From the NCBI GenBank assembly GCA_010093815.1, contig ML996585.1: 64,000 nt of DNA; one strand, written 5' to 3'. How positions within the stretch are numbered: position 1 is the stretch's first letter; each line of letters begins with the position of its first letter. Of this stretch, positions 49,791-61,807 are shown piece by piece. Under the pieces are notes generated by a model, which was given only the letters and a program-made list of their open reading frames with translations, did not search any database and was not told the DNA's origin. The stretch is from Pseudovirgaria hyperparasitica. Taxonomy: Eukaryota. Position numbers and translations under genes: made by a program.

Positions 49791-52457
49791 TTATTTCCTC
49801 TCTCCGTTGAAGAACTGTGTCCGGGTGAAGAGCTGGCTCGCTCGACTCTTCTTCCACCCTCTCTCCCTCTTCCCCAGTTCCGTCTCCCATGGCACTTCCT
49901 CGTTCTTCTTCAGTAAGCCCCCGAGGCCCAAACGCTCTTTCGGACTCTGCATCCATCGCAGTGAAAGAATCGATGGAGTCACCGACGGAGTCACCGACGC
50001 CATGCTCTCCATCGATCCTCGCCGTTGATGTGGCGGAAGCAATGATTTCGATGTGACCGGCTGAGCTTGAGCCTCAGTTTCGGAATATGCCAAGGACTGC
50101 AGCGCTGGCCGAGACGCATGCTTGCGCGAGGTCTTTGCTGCAGCTTGAAATGCGCGCTGTGGCTTGAGGGAAGCCTTTACTGCGGCTTGTGGTGTACGCT
50201 CTGATGTAGGCTTTATTGAAGTCTTTGCCTCAGCCTCGGGTGCACATTCTGATGTTGGCTTGATGTCGGCGACCACTGCAATCGTTGACATGACACACCC
50301 TTCCGAGATGGGTGAGATGGGCCGTGGTCGCGAAAAGTTCAACGTCGGCGATGTCGACCGGCTGGTGTTGCTCGACTGCTGTTGCGACTCGACGGATATT
50401 GAGCGCGACTTGATATAGGATGGCATCTTGTAGACTTGTGAAACAGTCATCGTCTCCTCGAGTACGGCACCAGGCGAAGAAGATACTACTAGTGTTGGGA
50501 CTTCGTAGTCGGCCTGTGTTTCTACCTCTGTGTGGATTTCGCTGACGAAGATCTCTGGAGCCGAAGGTAAAGCGAATGTCGGCGTCTGGCAGTCATCCTC
50601 TCCTTCCTCCTCGCTCCCAAAGGTCTCTGGTGCCGTCTCCGTTACCAGTGTCGGTGGCGGAGAATCTGCTCGAAACGATGCTTCTTCTGGTGATAGCTCT
50701 GGCCATGGTCCCGACAGTAAGTTTGCTCCATTGGTAAACTCAGCTGAAGTCGGAGTCAATGAGAAGGTCTCGCGAAGCGGGCTTCTTGCCGGTACAGGAG
50801 GAGGAGGCTCCAGATGAACGTCACTGCCACCATCAAAGATTGCTGATACAGGCGTGTCCGGAAGCTGTAGCTCATTTGCCTCGCCGGCAAGAAATGCTGG
50901 ATCCCCGGTAGGTATGTGGATAATCGTGATCGGTCGCTCTCTGAACTGGTCATCTCCAAAGTCAGCCTTCGTGAGAGATCCCAGCCCATAATCCATAATG
51001 GGACTTTCTGCAACAATTGTCCGATCTTCGGAAGGCGCCAAAGATTCTTCCGAACGTTTCGAGGCTAGCGTTAAGCTCTCCGCACATCGTCGGGAGCTAG
51101 ATAGCGAGCTTCGACGGACGGATAGCAAAGAATAAGCTGCGGTAGCATCGTGGGCGTCGGCATTGAACTGTGTTGTATAGGGTGGAGGCGTATCTCTCAT
51201 GCGGATGGCGGGAGGTGCCGCGTCATCTTCAGAATCTTCGTCGGCCGGCGACGCATAGACGGTGGGAGCAAGAATGCTTTCCGCATCCGGCTGTCGCATG
51301 ATCCTCCCCGAGTCAAGTGACACACCTTTGAACAAAGACTTCCGTCTACTCAAGGTCGTGCGAACATTTTGGACCGTCGGGGCGGGACAGCTGTTGCTTC
51401 GGTGCCTGCTTGTTTGTATTTCCACATTCGAAAAGTCAGCGATGAATTGGTCCATGGCTCCGGACTCCACCTCATGCCCTGGCTGGACACTCTCTGTCGG
51501 ACTTGGGGGCGCTGTTTCCAGCCCGCCCGAATACATCGATCCCAAGGAAAGATCAGTCTCGGATTCAGGCTCTTCGGCGATGGGATGCGCAATATCTGCC
51601 ATATTCGAATCTGGCAAGAGGAGGCTATCAAAGTACGGTTGGGGGCCCAGCTTCTCCTCGTCAGGTGAAGCCAGATGATCAGATGGCTCGCCATCCCAAC
51701 ATCGCGAGTGCAGCGACATTGGTGTTGAAGGCACGGTAGGAGTCACTATTCGCTCGTATAGGAACGAGTACATCTGAGCGGGAGTGATTGGAGACGGTTC
51801 TGCAGGTGTACTTTGCTGGGAGCGTGTAGCAGAAGACCGCCAGGTTGCATACGATTCGCGAATAGGACTTTTCGAAGCTGGAAGCGCCAGGCTGGACATC
51901 GCAGTTGGGGTCTTGTTACCTATGCTGGTCATGGAACGAGCACTTCTGATTGCGGGCGAGCGAGAACCACCAGCGCGAACAGCCGCTCGGTTGTCGTGAG
52001 AAGTTGGTCCGGCCTGTAAAGCCAGAGGTTGACCTCGCCATCTGGACTTGAATTTGGGAGGATTGTCTGAAGGTTGGGTTTGCGATCTGCTGGAAGTCCT
52101 TGGGCGATTTGTTTTTGCGTTGGCTGGCATGATGGTGGGAGTTCCGTGAGTGTCATCGCCGCCACGGACAGAATTGATGGTGGACCGACTCTTTTTCTTC
52201 TTCGGCAGCGTGGACAGACCAGTTGCTGAGGTTCGGAGATCCATGGAGGACAGCGACAAGTCCGGATTATGGTAGAAAGGGGTGGGCAGAACTTTGGGTC
52301 TACCGTCGTTGGTGTAGTAGTCGTTGAGGGTCAATGGTCCATTGTTATCATGTGAAGTACTTCTGAATCCGTTCGAAGCCGGCGGCAAGGGAATTGAGGA
52401 CGAGACAGGAATGCGAGATGGTGCATAAGTATTATTATGACCTGTTGAATATGGCAT
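49791..52457 (-). CDS. Hypothetical Ser/Pro/Thr-rich, probably disordered protein
   Basis: 888-aa single ORF. Only a short globular-looking C-terminal motif (SVTPSILSLRWMQSPKERLGLGGLLKK..VPWE). Confidence 0.75.
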   Translation of the reverse strand: MPYSTGHNNTYAPSRIPVSSSIPLPPASNGFRSTSHDNNGPLTLNDYYTNDGRPKVLPTPFYHNPDLSLSSMDLRTSATGLSTLPKKKKSRSTINSVRGGDDTHGTPTIMPANAKTNRPRTSSRSQTQPSDNPPKFKSRWRGQPLALQAGPTSHDNRAAVRAGGSRSPAIRSARSMTSIGNKTPTAMSSLALPASKSPIRESYATWRSSATRSQQSTPAEPSPITPAQMYSFLYERIVTPTVPSTPMSLHSRCWDGEPSDHLASPDEEKLGPQPYFDSLLLPDSNMADIAHPIAEEPESETDLSLGSMYSGGLETAPPSPTESVQPGHEVESGAMDQFIADFSNVEIQTSRHRSNSCPAPTVQNVRTTLSRRKSLFKGVSLDSGRIMRQPDAESILAPTVYASPADEDSEDDAAPPAIRMRDTPPPYTTQFNADAHDATAAYSLLSVRRSSLSSSRRCAESLTLASKRSEESLAPSEDRTIVAESPIMDYGLGSLTKADFGDDQFRERPITIIHIPTGDPAFLAGEANELQLPDTPVSAIFDGGSDVHLEPPPPVPARSPLRETFSLTPTSAEFTNGANLLSGPWPELSPEEASFRADSPPPTLVTETAPETFGSEEEGEDDCQTPTFALPSAPEIFVSEIHTEVETQADYEVPTLVVSSSPGAVLEETMTVSQVYKMPSYIKSRSISVESQQQSSNTSRSTSPTLNFSRPRPISPISEGCVMSTIAVVADIKPTSECAPEAEAKTSIKPTSERTPQAAVKASLKPQRAFQAAAKTSRKHASRPALQSLAYSETEAQAQPVTSKSLLPPHQRRGSMESMASVTPSVTPSILSLRWMQSPKERLGLGGLLKKNEEVPWETELGKRERGWKKSRASQLFTRTQFFNGERK

Positions 52458-54870
52458 GGCGGGTTAGTGCTTTGGCTGCAGGATGCGCCGGTAGTTAGTC
52501 TGCACCACACTTCGACCGTAACCCTGAACTAGTGGGCCGGCAAGTCAGGGCGAGTGATTGGTGTGACCGTGTTTGTGTATAGCGGGAGCAGCTAATAGCG
52601 CTGGAGCGAGCGATAGGATAAAGGGAGTGGATTTGTGAAATCGATGTTCGAGGGGGTGAAAGAAGAGTCAAGACCTCGGCGACGGACAGGAACAGACAAA
52701 CCACCTTGATATGAGAAACCGTCGTATATAATAATAGTCCAAGCAGCCAGCACACACGCTCACGAAACAAGTGCACGCCTTTTTTAAAGTTCCCCGACAG
52801 AAAGCATGCTGTCGCCCAGGGATATGGCCTCAAGGGCAGAAAAAGCGTAATAAAGGCACAAGACATCTAGGATTGCCTGCCCAAGCCCACTCAGCTCCTG
52901 CATTCTGCATGCGGGGGGTTGCAGAGAGTGAAAGTGTGTACAATTTAGAATCTACCGATCCAGGGACAGGGACACTGGCAAAGAGCCGACGGTGCAGATG
53001 CAACAGGACAACAACGAATCAACAGTCAGGACACATCCGGTTTCAGCACTTGGTCGATGCAGGGGCACAAGTATTACTCAAAGTGAGAATGGACTAGTGT
53101 AGTGATCGGCCGCTTGGGGGTGTCGGCGGCTGGTTCGGTTGGTTGTTGTCAAGATGTGATGATTATTATTCCATGTCGGGTCAGTCCACGTCCATTCACT
53201 CACTACTGTCCTGGTCCTGGCTGCCGCATAGATAGCACGTACATAGCATGGCTACCATTGCTCGAAACAAACTTTAATCTGCGGCAGTCGATGCGATGTT
53301 AAAATGGCAGCATACAAACATAAAGCTGCATCAGCGCGGCTCCAGGTCAGATCATCTGCCCTGAGAGTGAGAGACGAGACAGATTCGAGAAAACGTTCCT
53401 TGCGTGGATCATTCCATGGTTCATCTCAGATCGCTGCCGGCGAGCTAGGAGAGTTTATTTGATTTCCACGATCCACCCCTGGCTCCATCATCACGACCAA
53501 AGGATGCCGTGTCATGTCGTGACTTTGGCCTTGGCCTCCCCAACTACCAGATGATCCATTCTTTCATCCACCCATTCCGTCCAGACGCAGATAATTAGTG
53601 AACCGATCTGATATTCGCGATTAAGCCACACCTGCTCGGCGTCGTGCTATCGGGGCTTGATGTGGAGAGTTTTACAACATGCCCTCGTAGCAATTTCCTT
53701 CCACTCAGCTTCCAGGGATGCTTACGTAGCCAGTACGGCTTGTGGCTGTATCTGTGTTAATGAATAGAAGTCTCGATCGAAGGCTTTCCTGAACATGGTC
53801 CCATGGTCCTGGCCTTCTGGTGCCTGTGCCTGTGCCTGTGCCTGGAGATCCCCAGGTAGGGAGTTGATTAGTTACTTAGCTTAGGGTCTTGGGTGCACTA
53901 AACAGCAGCCAACAACGTCGAGGCAGGGCGAAAATGCTGGCTAAACGCTCCGGCTTTCTTCTGAGGCGTAGGCGCCACATGTGGAGAAAAGACAGCTTGT
54001 TGTTTTGTTTCATTCTTCTCAATAGCGTCTTGCATAATCCAGCTCGTTCGAGCCAATGGCCTTTCACTGCCCATAAAAGGCCCTGGCTATTACCCGCCCA
54101 GACTCCATTCCAGGCCGCGGAAGTAGAGTATCCTGCCATCCCCGGATTACTGACGGTGACGGTGAAGCGGCCCATGCCGGTCAATCCTTTAGGAATTCGT
54201 TGCATATTGGTTGCCTTGATTAAACATGTGAAATAGATAGTCAAGATGCTGAATCCGTTCCGACTGTGACAGCTCACGCATACAATCATGTACTATAGTA
54301 GTTTTTCAAATAACGTAATCTGGAATAATCGATAGTCCTCCCATCGGATTCCTTTTTCCTTCCCTTGTGTGACAGGGTAGCATTCCTGCATCCCGGGAGA
54401 ATGGTGACGAGGATCTTGGACTGGCACGTCAACAAGGCCCAGGGATTTGGAAAGCAGATAAAAAGCAAGTCAGGCAGTTGGGGTGTTGTTATTATTATGA
54501 TAGGAATGTAATAAACATAGCATCCGTACGTACGTACCCATGCCAGGTAAGGGAATGATGGATCATGGCTGGCTGTGTTGAGTGGATGCATGGCTTGAAA
54601 ATGGCTGAAATGGCTGAAGTAGCAAGGGCGAGTTTTGGCATCCGGGCGGCACTAATGGAACTTCCTCCACAGCCCTGGAACGATCTCCCCACCAACACCA
54701 AACACTTTCACACTTTCACTGCATTATTCACTTGCGTCAGTAGTCAGAGTGAGGCGAAGCTCCAACAGCACGACGCGTCGTCGCTTAGCCGATTTCTCGT
54801 GTCGCGCCTATCGTCATCTCCACATTCCGATCTCACTCATTCTTCGTCGTTCTCTTCTGCTTCCAGAGTC

Positions 54871-55710
54871 ATGTCAGCTCCCAGTCTGCCTCCGCCAAGC
54901 AGAGATGCGGCATCTTCAGGCTGCCTTCCAACGCCGTTGCAGACTTCGACCGATGACGAACAACACAGCACTCCTGATCCTCCTGGACCTCCTGGGGAAC
55001 CGCAAGCCGATGACCTAGAAAAGCCTCCAGAGTCTCCCTTGACTCCAACCGCCTCTTTTGCAGAGTTGCCAAAGCCAGGACCTCAAAAGTCCAGCTTGCC
55101 CTGCCCACAACGCAAGCCTAAGACTACGTTTCCTGCTTCTGATCCTGTCTTGATCGATCAGCCTCAACCCATTCCAATCTCCGACTTTGATGCCGAGACA
55201 GACGTGTTGGCCATCCGATCAGCCATTTCCATTCTTCAGATCCAGCGCCAGAAGGCACAGAATGATATCAAGACTCTCGAGCGCATCAAGAAGGCTGCTG
55301 TCGCAAGCCCTGAAGAATTTGTTGAAGAACTGAAGTCTGGTCGCACGAGGACACATTTTCCCCAGAATGACTATTTAGGTCCTACTCTAGCCAAGGATTC
55401 TACGAACCATGATGATATCACCATGTCAGAGGACGAGAGCGAGCGCGCATCGAATCAAGCCTCGAAGTTCCCGCGAATACCTCAACGACAGAACGTGGTG
55501 CGTGTACCGCCTATCAACTGGGACAAGTATCAGCTTGTTGGGGAGTCACTAGACAAGCTTCACGAGCAGCAGAGAAAAGCGCCCAGTTCCCAATGGTCGA
55601 AAGACGCCCCGAACGCCCCAGATTATGTCGTTGCAGCCCCGTGGTCGCCTGCTGACAAAATTGATTCGACGACACCTTCGCAACGCAAAGATTCCAAAAA
55701 GGCTGCGTGA
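54871..55710 (+). CDS. Conserved fungal protein with a ZZZ3-like helical region
   Basis: LAIRSAISILQIQRQKAQNDIKTLERIKKAAVASPEEFVEELK...PQRQNVVRVPPINWDKY resembles the recalled pre-SANT segment of metazoan ZZZ3. Likely start is the ATG at 54871. Confidence 0.7.
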   Translation: MSAPSLPPPSRDAASSGCLPTPLQTSTDDEQHSTPDPPGPPGEPQADDLEKPPESPLTPTASFAELPKPGPQKSSLPCPQRKPKTTFPASDPVLIDQPQPIPISDFDAETDVLAIRSAISILQIQRQKAQNDIKTLERIKKAAVASPEEFVEELKSGRTRTHFPQNDYLGPTLAKDSTNHDDITMSEDESERASNQASKFPRIPQRQNVVRVPPINWDKYQLVGESLDKLHEQQRKAPSSQWSKDAPNAPDYVVAAPWSPADKIDSTTPSQRKDSKKAA

Positions 55711-56487
55711 GGGACGAGAACGTACAGAGATCTCTGTAAAGCTCCAACCGCACATACTACCCGCTCGTAGTTGCACGCAGCAAAAGCATGGATAGTCACG
55801 AGTATCATTAACATATTCGCACAATGCGCAAGTCGTATGTACAGCACATTCGACATTATCATGGCTCGTGCCGAGGTACTTAGCATGTCGAGACACTGAT
55901 AAACAACCTCACAATATCTACAGCGTTGTTCATGCATGGTACATGCCAACAAGGACAATGTGGTTTTACTTGAAGATGATAGGCTGTTGCCGCAAAGGAT
56001 GCACAAATACTCTTTTATAATGAAGTCATAGCCAACAATCCCGGCGTGTCAACTCTTCTGACGAAGCAGAGCGTTGAACGTTGTGGAGCCGCCCACGAGT
56101 CAATCAATGAGCTCGTGTCGCGCGCTTGGTGAAGCTTGTTTAGCATCCCTACCAATGACGCAGCATGATAGGACAAACGTAGCCCATTTGAACAAAGACA
56201 GCTGCCAAACATGCTACACGATCCTGTTTCCGGCGATACGCGACGTCAAATATGCTGGGATCAGTCGTGTTACCAGCTATATTCCCTGATCAGGACTCAT
56301 TCACCCTTCGCCTTGGCCTGCGTAATCGGCCATTTAGGGGTCTCTTTGTTCGTGAAATATGTGAATAAAGTATCGCACGTCCTTCACAGCATGAGCTTCT
56401 GTCATATATATCTATATACGTGCAACGTCCCTCAACGATATATACTTAGGTTCTCATTTCGATTGCTGCCAAATACAATATCTCAAA

Positions 56488-57431
56488 ATGCGATTTCAAG
56501 CCCTCGTGCCTGTCATTTGCTCCCTCGTAGCTTTCATCCTATCGTTCCTATGTCTCTTCGCGGGAAATAAGCCTGGTTTTATGGAGGACTACAGTCTAAT
56601 CACTGTCAGTATCCATGATCGTCACTCCAATTCAAGCTATTAATTCCACACCAGATCAACACATCCACGATCGGTCAGGGCTACGTTGACGAGCTCCTCA
56701 CCAGCGACTCTGACAACCCCCTCGCCGACATCTGGAACCAAATCAGCGAACCTATAGCTGATGCACTCGACGATGGCCTCGAATCGGTTACCGAAGCCCT
56801 CGGCCTACAGGACTGGTACTCAGCCCATCTCATGAATTATTGCGACGGCACATACACGCCGACTAGCCAGCCCAACGCCACCATCTCCTCAAGCGACATC
56901 CACCAGAACATCAGCAACTGCTCGTCCGCAGCCGCGCTATTCAGCTTCAACCCGAGAGTGGCCCTGGAGCAGAATCTGAATAAGACACGCCTGAACATCA
57001 CACTCGATGAACTGCACTGGCCCAGCGCGATCGACGACGCAGTAAGCACGCTGCGTGGCGCGTACGAGGCTGTTTTTGTGCTCTACTGTCTCGCCATCGG
57101 ACTGATATTCTTCTCCTTACTTGGTAGCCTTGTGGGCATCCTCGCTCTAGGCCGTTACACCGCTCTCGGGAATGTTGTACTAGCTGGGCTGGCGTTCCTG
57201 GCGGTTGGGCTGGCGAGTGCAGTTGTCACGGCCGTCATTGAGATTGGTGGGAATGCCATTAATAAGTATGGTAACGATGTCAGTATAGAGGCGAAGAAGG
57301 GCAGCAAGTTCCTGGCCCTGACATGGGTCGCTACTGCGTTGATGTTTGTGTCAATGGGGACTTGGGTAGTGTTTTGGGTCTTGGGGAGGAGACATTCGAA
57401 GAGGGTGTCGGAGAAAGGTTATAGCTCTTAG
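56488..57431 (+). CDS. SUR7/PalI-family tetraspan membrane protein (Pun1-like)
   Basis: MRFQAL..AFILSFLCLFAGNKPGFMEDYSLIT | intron 56605-56654 | INTSTIG..GLQDWYSAHLMNYCDG, then three C-terminal TM helices and GSKFLALTW. Confidence 0.9.
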
Positions 57432-58078
57432 GCATCCGTGTTATGGAGGAAAGTAGGCGTCGGTCATGAGTTATGGTTTTGTTTTATCTGTTGAGTCACC
57501 TTTTAGGAACATTCTGGCGTGGATGACACAGGGCGAGCGCGATACCCATGTTTCAAAACTCTTAATACATAATCTAGCTATAGACATTTACTGAATCACT
57601 ACCAGGTTAAAAAAAATTGTATATGTTGAGTTGTGTGAGTATTAGGTCGGAGACGCGGTCACGAGCATTTGCAGGCGCCGACGAGTGCCTAGTAATTAGC
57701 ACCATGCAGACATAACAGAGGGCCCTCCCTCCCGGAACGTGCAAGCTAATCATCCATGGGGGCGACCTCACGTTTCTTCCCACATCAACACACAACGTCG
57801 TCAACACATAATACATCCTATCCACCTCTGTTCTCTCCCACGATGTGCAATTCTACAAGCAAAGTAGCATAGTGGAGACTGCCGAGCTGGCACTTGCCTG
57901 CTGTCGCCTTCACTTACCGCCTCCATTTCCGACCTGCCGACCACCCCGTGAGTACCGATCACCTCCTCGTCCACGGAGCACCCGCTATCTACCTACCCAA
58001 TCCTCTGTTCCCAGACGGTTCAATCAACTATCATCCTGGATCTCGTCGGCGGCTTCATCATCATCAATCATCATCACC

Positions 58079-58763
58079 ATGCCAGGCCGACTCGATGCCG
58101 CTTCAGGCGCCCTAGGCAAGCGGAAGAGGACAGACGACCCTTCCGATAAACACGCTGCAGCGTACGTATATTACCATCCAAAACCTTCCTTAGACGCGGG
58201 TGCTCAATCATACCACGTACAGTATCCTCAAAGCAAAAAGCAGCTCCCTCAGCCTATCCGACCACATGGCCCTCGACACCACCGCTCTCCCGCCATCCCT
58301 CTTCGCCCTGAGCCCCCAAACATCAGCAGCACAAAACACATCTCAATCCCAAGCACACCAACCGCCGCCTCGAAGCCGCCGTAAACTCATCCACCGCATC
58401 TCCCCAATATCCATACACCCTGCTCCCTCAGCGCCACTACATGTGCTCTCCAAAGTCCTCCAGACGCCCTGCCATCGCTGCCATAAAGCACCCCTGCAGA
58501 AGACCGATCTGTCCTCCTATACCGACTGCGCCCGCTGTACAGAGCGCACCTGCGTTGTGTGTATACGGCAGTGTGCATGTGGGCGCAAGATCTGTGCTGA
58601 CTGTAGTGTTGAAGAGGGCGTGGACGGCGACGTGTACTGTCTCGACTGCTTCGGCGCAATACAAGATGTCGACATAACGGGGTCTGAAGAGGCCTGCGGG
58701 GGTACAACTTTCGAGGACAGTGGTCGGATGGCGGATGTGGATCGGGAAATGGAAGAAGGGTGA
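58079..58763 (+). CDS. Small Cys-rich zinc-finger protein (Siva-like cysteine spacing)
   Basis: ATG at 58079, NLS-like GKRKR, phase-2 intron 58162-58222. C-terminal CHRC..CARC..CVVC..CAC..CADC..CLDC. Confidence 0.7.
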
Positions 58764-59293
58764 TATTAGAGTGAAGTGAAGGTTGGGTGCAGAAGATGGA
58801 CCCTGGGTTCTGTCGATTTCCCACGAGGCGGAGGACTCGTGGGTGCCATGCGAGAGGGACAAAGGGGACAGTCCCGACAGGGCACGATCTGAACGAGACG
58901 GGTATATTGACAACATTGTTTATCGCCACGTGCACCCACGCGACATTGTTCAGGCGGCCTTTGTTTTGCGTTTTCAAACGGGTCATGTCACAGAACCGGC
59001 GTTTCGAGCTTTCGCCTCTGGAGCATCCTCGTTTTGCGTCTTTTCAGATTACTCTTTCAAACCTGCGCGTCGAAACGCGACATATCCTCAGTATCATCCC
59101 GTCCAGATTAACAACGATATGATATCCTTTCCGAGCGCTTGGTTGTCTATTCACGCATGTACATATTCATGAGGCGAAGTGCGGTCTACATAGCTTAGCG
59201 ATTTGCACATATCTTATGTCTTGTTCTTTGCTTGTTCGAATCTCCCAGATATATCTTTATTTTCTCACTATGAGAGACCATTGTCCGTATCCA

Positions 59294-59331
59294 TATATAT
59301 ATGAATATATATATATATATATATATATATG
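59294..59331. repeat. (TA)n microsatellite
   Basis: An interrupted TA run immediately after the palC stop. Confidence 0.9.
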
Positions 59332-59333
59332 AT

Positions 59334-60857
59334 CTAATAGTACGCCCCTACGCCCTCCGGAAACGCTCCTGGCACTACGCTATCGTCGTCCCCACTACTC
59401 TCCCCTTCCTCGACCCGGTCCCCGCTCTCCGGCGGCGCCCTCATCCGCGCAACCTCCTCCGCATCCAAGACCGGCACCTTCCACGGCCTCAACATCTCCC
59501 TCAACGGATCCCGCCCACTCGGCATCCCCGCCAGTAGCGCCGCATACCCAGGTATCGTCTGCACCCCAATCGTATCATTCGTCTTCATCCACTTCCTCTC
59601 CAGATCGTCCAGTATCAGCGCCTCCTCGGCACGCCCGCCGTCCGCACCCCACGCCGTATGCGTCTGCACCTTCTTCGCCTCGCGGCTCTCCTTCCATGAG
59701 CTCTTCAGCTTCGCCAACCCGCTGCGCTTGGCCCCCGTGTCCGCGTCCGCGTCTTCGCTGCCGGCCACGGCCAAGCCCAGCTCGGTCTTCGCGCCGCGTA
59801 GCCATGCGATGCCAAGCCCGACTTTCGCATCTGCTTCGGCGTCGACGCCGAGGAATCGTGCTGCTCTGGCGCGTGCGGTGCGGCGGACGGCGTCGGCGTA
59901 GCGCGCGAGACGTTCGTCGATGCTCCTGCCTGTCCCTCCGCCTGTGCTCGTGCTCGCGGCGGAGAACAGCGAGTGTGCGCGGGAAGCGTGGGCGGCGGCT
60001 TCGAGACAGCAGCGCGCGAACAGGCCGGCGCGCACCTTACCCAGACTGGGCGCCTTGTACATCCATTCGGTGCTGCTCTTGCTGCGGGCCTCGGCCAGGG
60101 CGGCTGGATAGGGATCGTCCTTTGCGACGAAGAGGAGCGTTGCATCGGCGAGGGTGAGGGATTGGAGGGCGGAGATGGCGGAGGGTGAAATGTCTGCGAC
60201 GGGAGGGGTGGGCGCGGACTGGGTGCGCGGCAGTAGGTAAGTGAGAATGGAGTGGGCGTCGAGCATGCTGCGGAGGGCTTTGGCGTGTTGTGCGCTGCGG
60301 GTGGTGAGCGAGAAAGAGTCTGGGGTATCGGCGAGAAGGACTCGGAGGTGTGTGCGGGCAGCGAGGATGTGTGCGAGGGCGAGTGTGAGGAGGGTGAATG
60401 CGAGTTCGGATTCGAGGCTTTTCAGGCGGACGCGACCAGCGCGTGCAGATTCTCTCTCAGTCTTGCTGCTGCTGCCACCGCCATCTTTCTCTTTGTCTTT
60501 GGACTGCGTGCTCGGGAGATTTAAGTTGAGGCCTGGGGTGCTGGACAGTACGGGTTTCCATTCCACGATGACTTCGCTGACGAGCACAACATCGAGCTCT
60601 TCGCCGGCCACGGCCTTGCCAGAGAGGCCAGCATCGAGGGCGAAGAGGTAGGGGAGGTATGCCGTAATGGCCTGTATGAGCTGTGGGAGTTGCGATTGTT
60701 GCTGGGCGGGAGGTGTGCGTTTCCAGGATTTGAGGCATTGGCGTAGAGAGTGACGGTGCGTTGTTGCTGTGAGTGGGAGAGAGGGATGAGTGTAGGAGGT
60801 TAGAGACTGGGATAGAGGCGTCGCACTGGTGGTGGGAAGTTGGAAGGGATACGGCAT
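59334..60857 (-). CDS. palC: pH-response regulator PalC (Bro1-like domain)
   Basis: MPYPFQLPTTS start; HPSLPLTATTHR, YLPYLFALD, LLFVAKDDPYPA, EWMYKAPS..VRAGLFAR, GIAWLRGA, WGADGGRAEE, KTNDTI and MPSGR; C-terminal AYY. Confidence 0.92.
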   Translation of the reverse strand: MPYPFQLPTTSATPLSQSLTSYTHPSLPLTATTHRHSLRQCLKSWKRTPPAQQQSQLPQLIQAITAYLPYLFALDAGLSGKAVAGEELDVVLVSEVIVEWKPVLSSTPGLNLNLPSTQSKDKEKDGGGSSSKTERESARAGRVRLKSLESELAFTLLTLALAHILAARTHLRVLLADTPDSFSLTTRSAQHAKALRSMLDAHSILTYLLPRTQSAPTPPVADISPSAISALQSLTLADATLLFVAKDDPYPAALAEARSKSSTEWMYKAPSLGKVRAGLFARCCLEAAAHASRAHSLFSAASTSTGGGTGRSIDERLARYADAVRRTARARAARFLGVDAEADAKVGLGIAWLRGAKTELGLAVAGSEDADADTGAKRSGLAKLKSSWKESREAKKVQTHTAWGADGGRAEEALILDDLERKWMKTNDTIGVQTIPGYAALLAGMPSGRDPLREMLRPWKVPVLDAEEVARMRAPPESGDRVEEGESSGDDDSVVPGAFPEGVGAYY

Positions 60858-61355
60858 TGCGCCGTTCAAGTATCGATCCCGAGAGTCAAGGTTTCAGCAT
60901 CTGTCAATTGAGTGAGTATGTTGTATCATCACAGCCATGAAATGAATGCTGTTCGTACCTTCAAACTACGTCGTGTGGGGTTCATGATTCGCGGGGCTGA
61001 GAGACGTCAGTGCTAGACACCCAATCATATAGCTCGGTGTTGTTATCACGTGAAGTGAATTGCTCAATATCGCCCTGATATCTATGCACATAGACGATCA
61101 TAGTACGAGGTTGCTGATACTGCTACTGAATTTACAGCTATAGTTCGTGTAGATAGTCTTTTGCGAACTTCTGGAACGCCACGGGTTGGAGCCCCTCGAT
61201 TCAGAGTAGCTTAAGCTGATATCGATATATGTACAATATGTCCATCTACCCATTATGTAGATTCTCTTTCTTTTAAGCAGTGGCTTGAATGTAGTCGTAT
61301 GATCCAACGAGTTCTGGTCTCGTATATGCGTTGATCGGGGTGTTAGGTGACTATA

Positions 61356-61807
61356 TTAATCTTTCTTCGGGGCGTAATTCATTTGCTCGAACAGATGTCC
61401 CTTGATCTTTGACTCCTTCAACAGCTCGAAGTATCGTTCTATACAGACATGAGAATTAGCGATTGTGCATGATTAGTCTCGGTCTTGATTTGATACAGGT
61501 CCGGGGCGTTTGTGTCCATCCGTCTTCCCTTCTCTTCCCTCTAAGGCGCATATCTTGATTGTTACGAGGTCCTAGGCTTACCTCTTAGCTTTCCACACTT
61601 CTCGAGATGATTTACTCCCTCTGTGTAGTAGCACTTCGCCAGCTCCTCCCGTACTAGTCGTCCCATCATGACCTTAACCCATTGCTCGCGGATGACGGAA
61701 TCCTGAGCCGCCTTGAGTGCATTCGTATCGTCGTAATCAACGCCGTCGAAGGTCGGTGGAACCTTAGGTGCCTTCTCGGCAAACGCCTTTGAAATTGGGG
61801 TCGGCAT
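61356..61807 (-). CDS. NDUFB10: NADH:ubiquinone oxidoreductase 12-kDa subunit (NDUFB10/PDSW family)
   Basis: MPTP..PPTFDGVDYDD..REQWVKVMMGRLVREELAKCYYTEGVNHLEKCGKLR | intron 61439-61581 | ERYFELLK. Confidence 0.92.

Noticed and set aside
54565..54870. N-terminal extension of ORF 54565-55710
   Set aside because: It runs through promoter/UTR-like sequence; the ATG at 54871 is the more plausible start.
59185..59250. tRNA-like boxes (TAGCTTAGCG..GTTCGAATC)
   Set aside because: No T-stem or acceptor-stem pairing.
56488..60857. SUR7/PalI-family gene near palC as a pH-signalling cluster
   Set aside because: The membrane protein looks Pun1-like (no long PalI cytoplasmic tail), so the proximity is probably coincidental.
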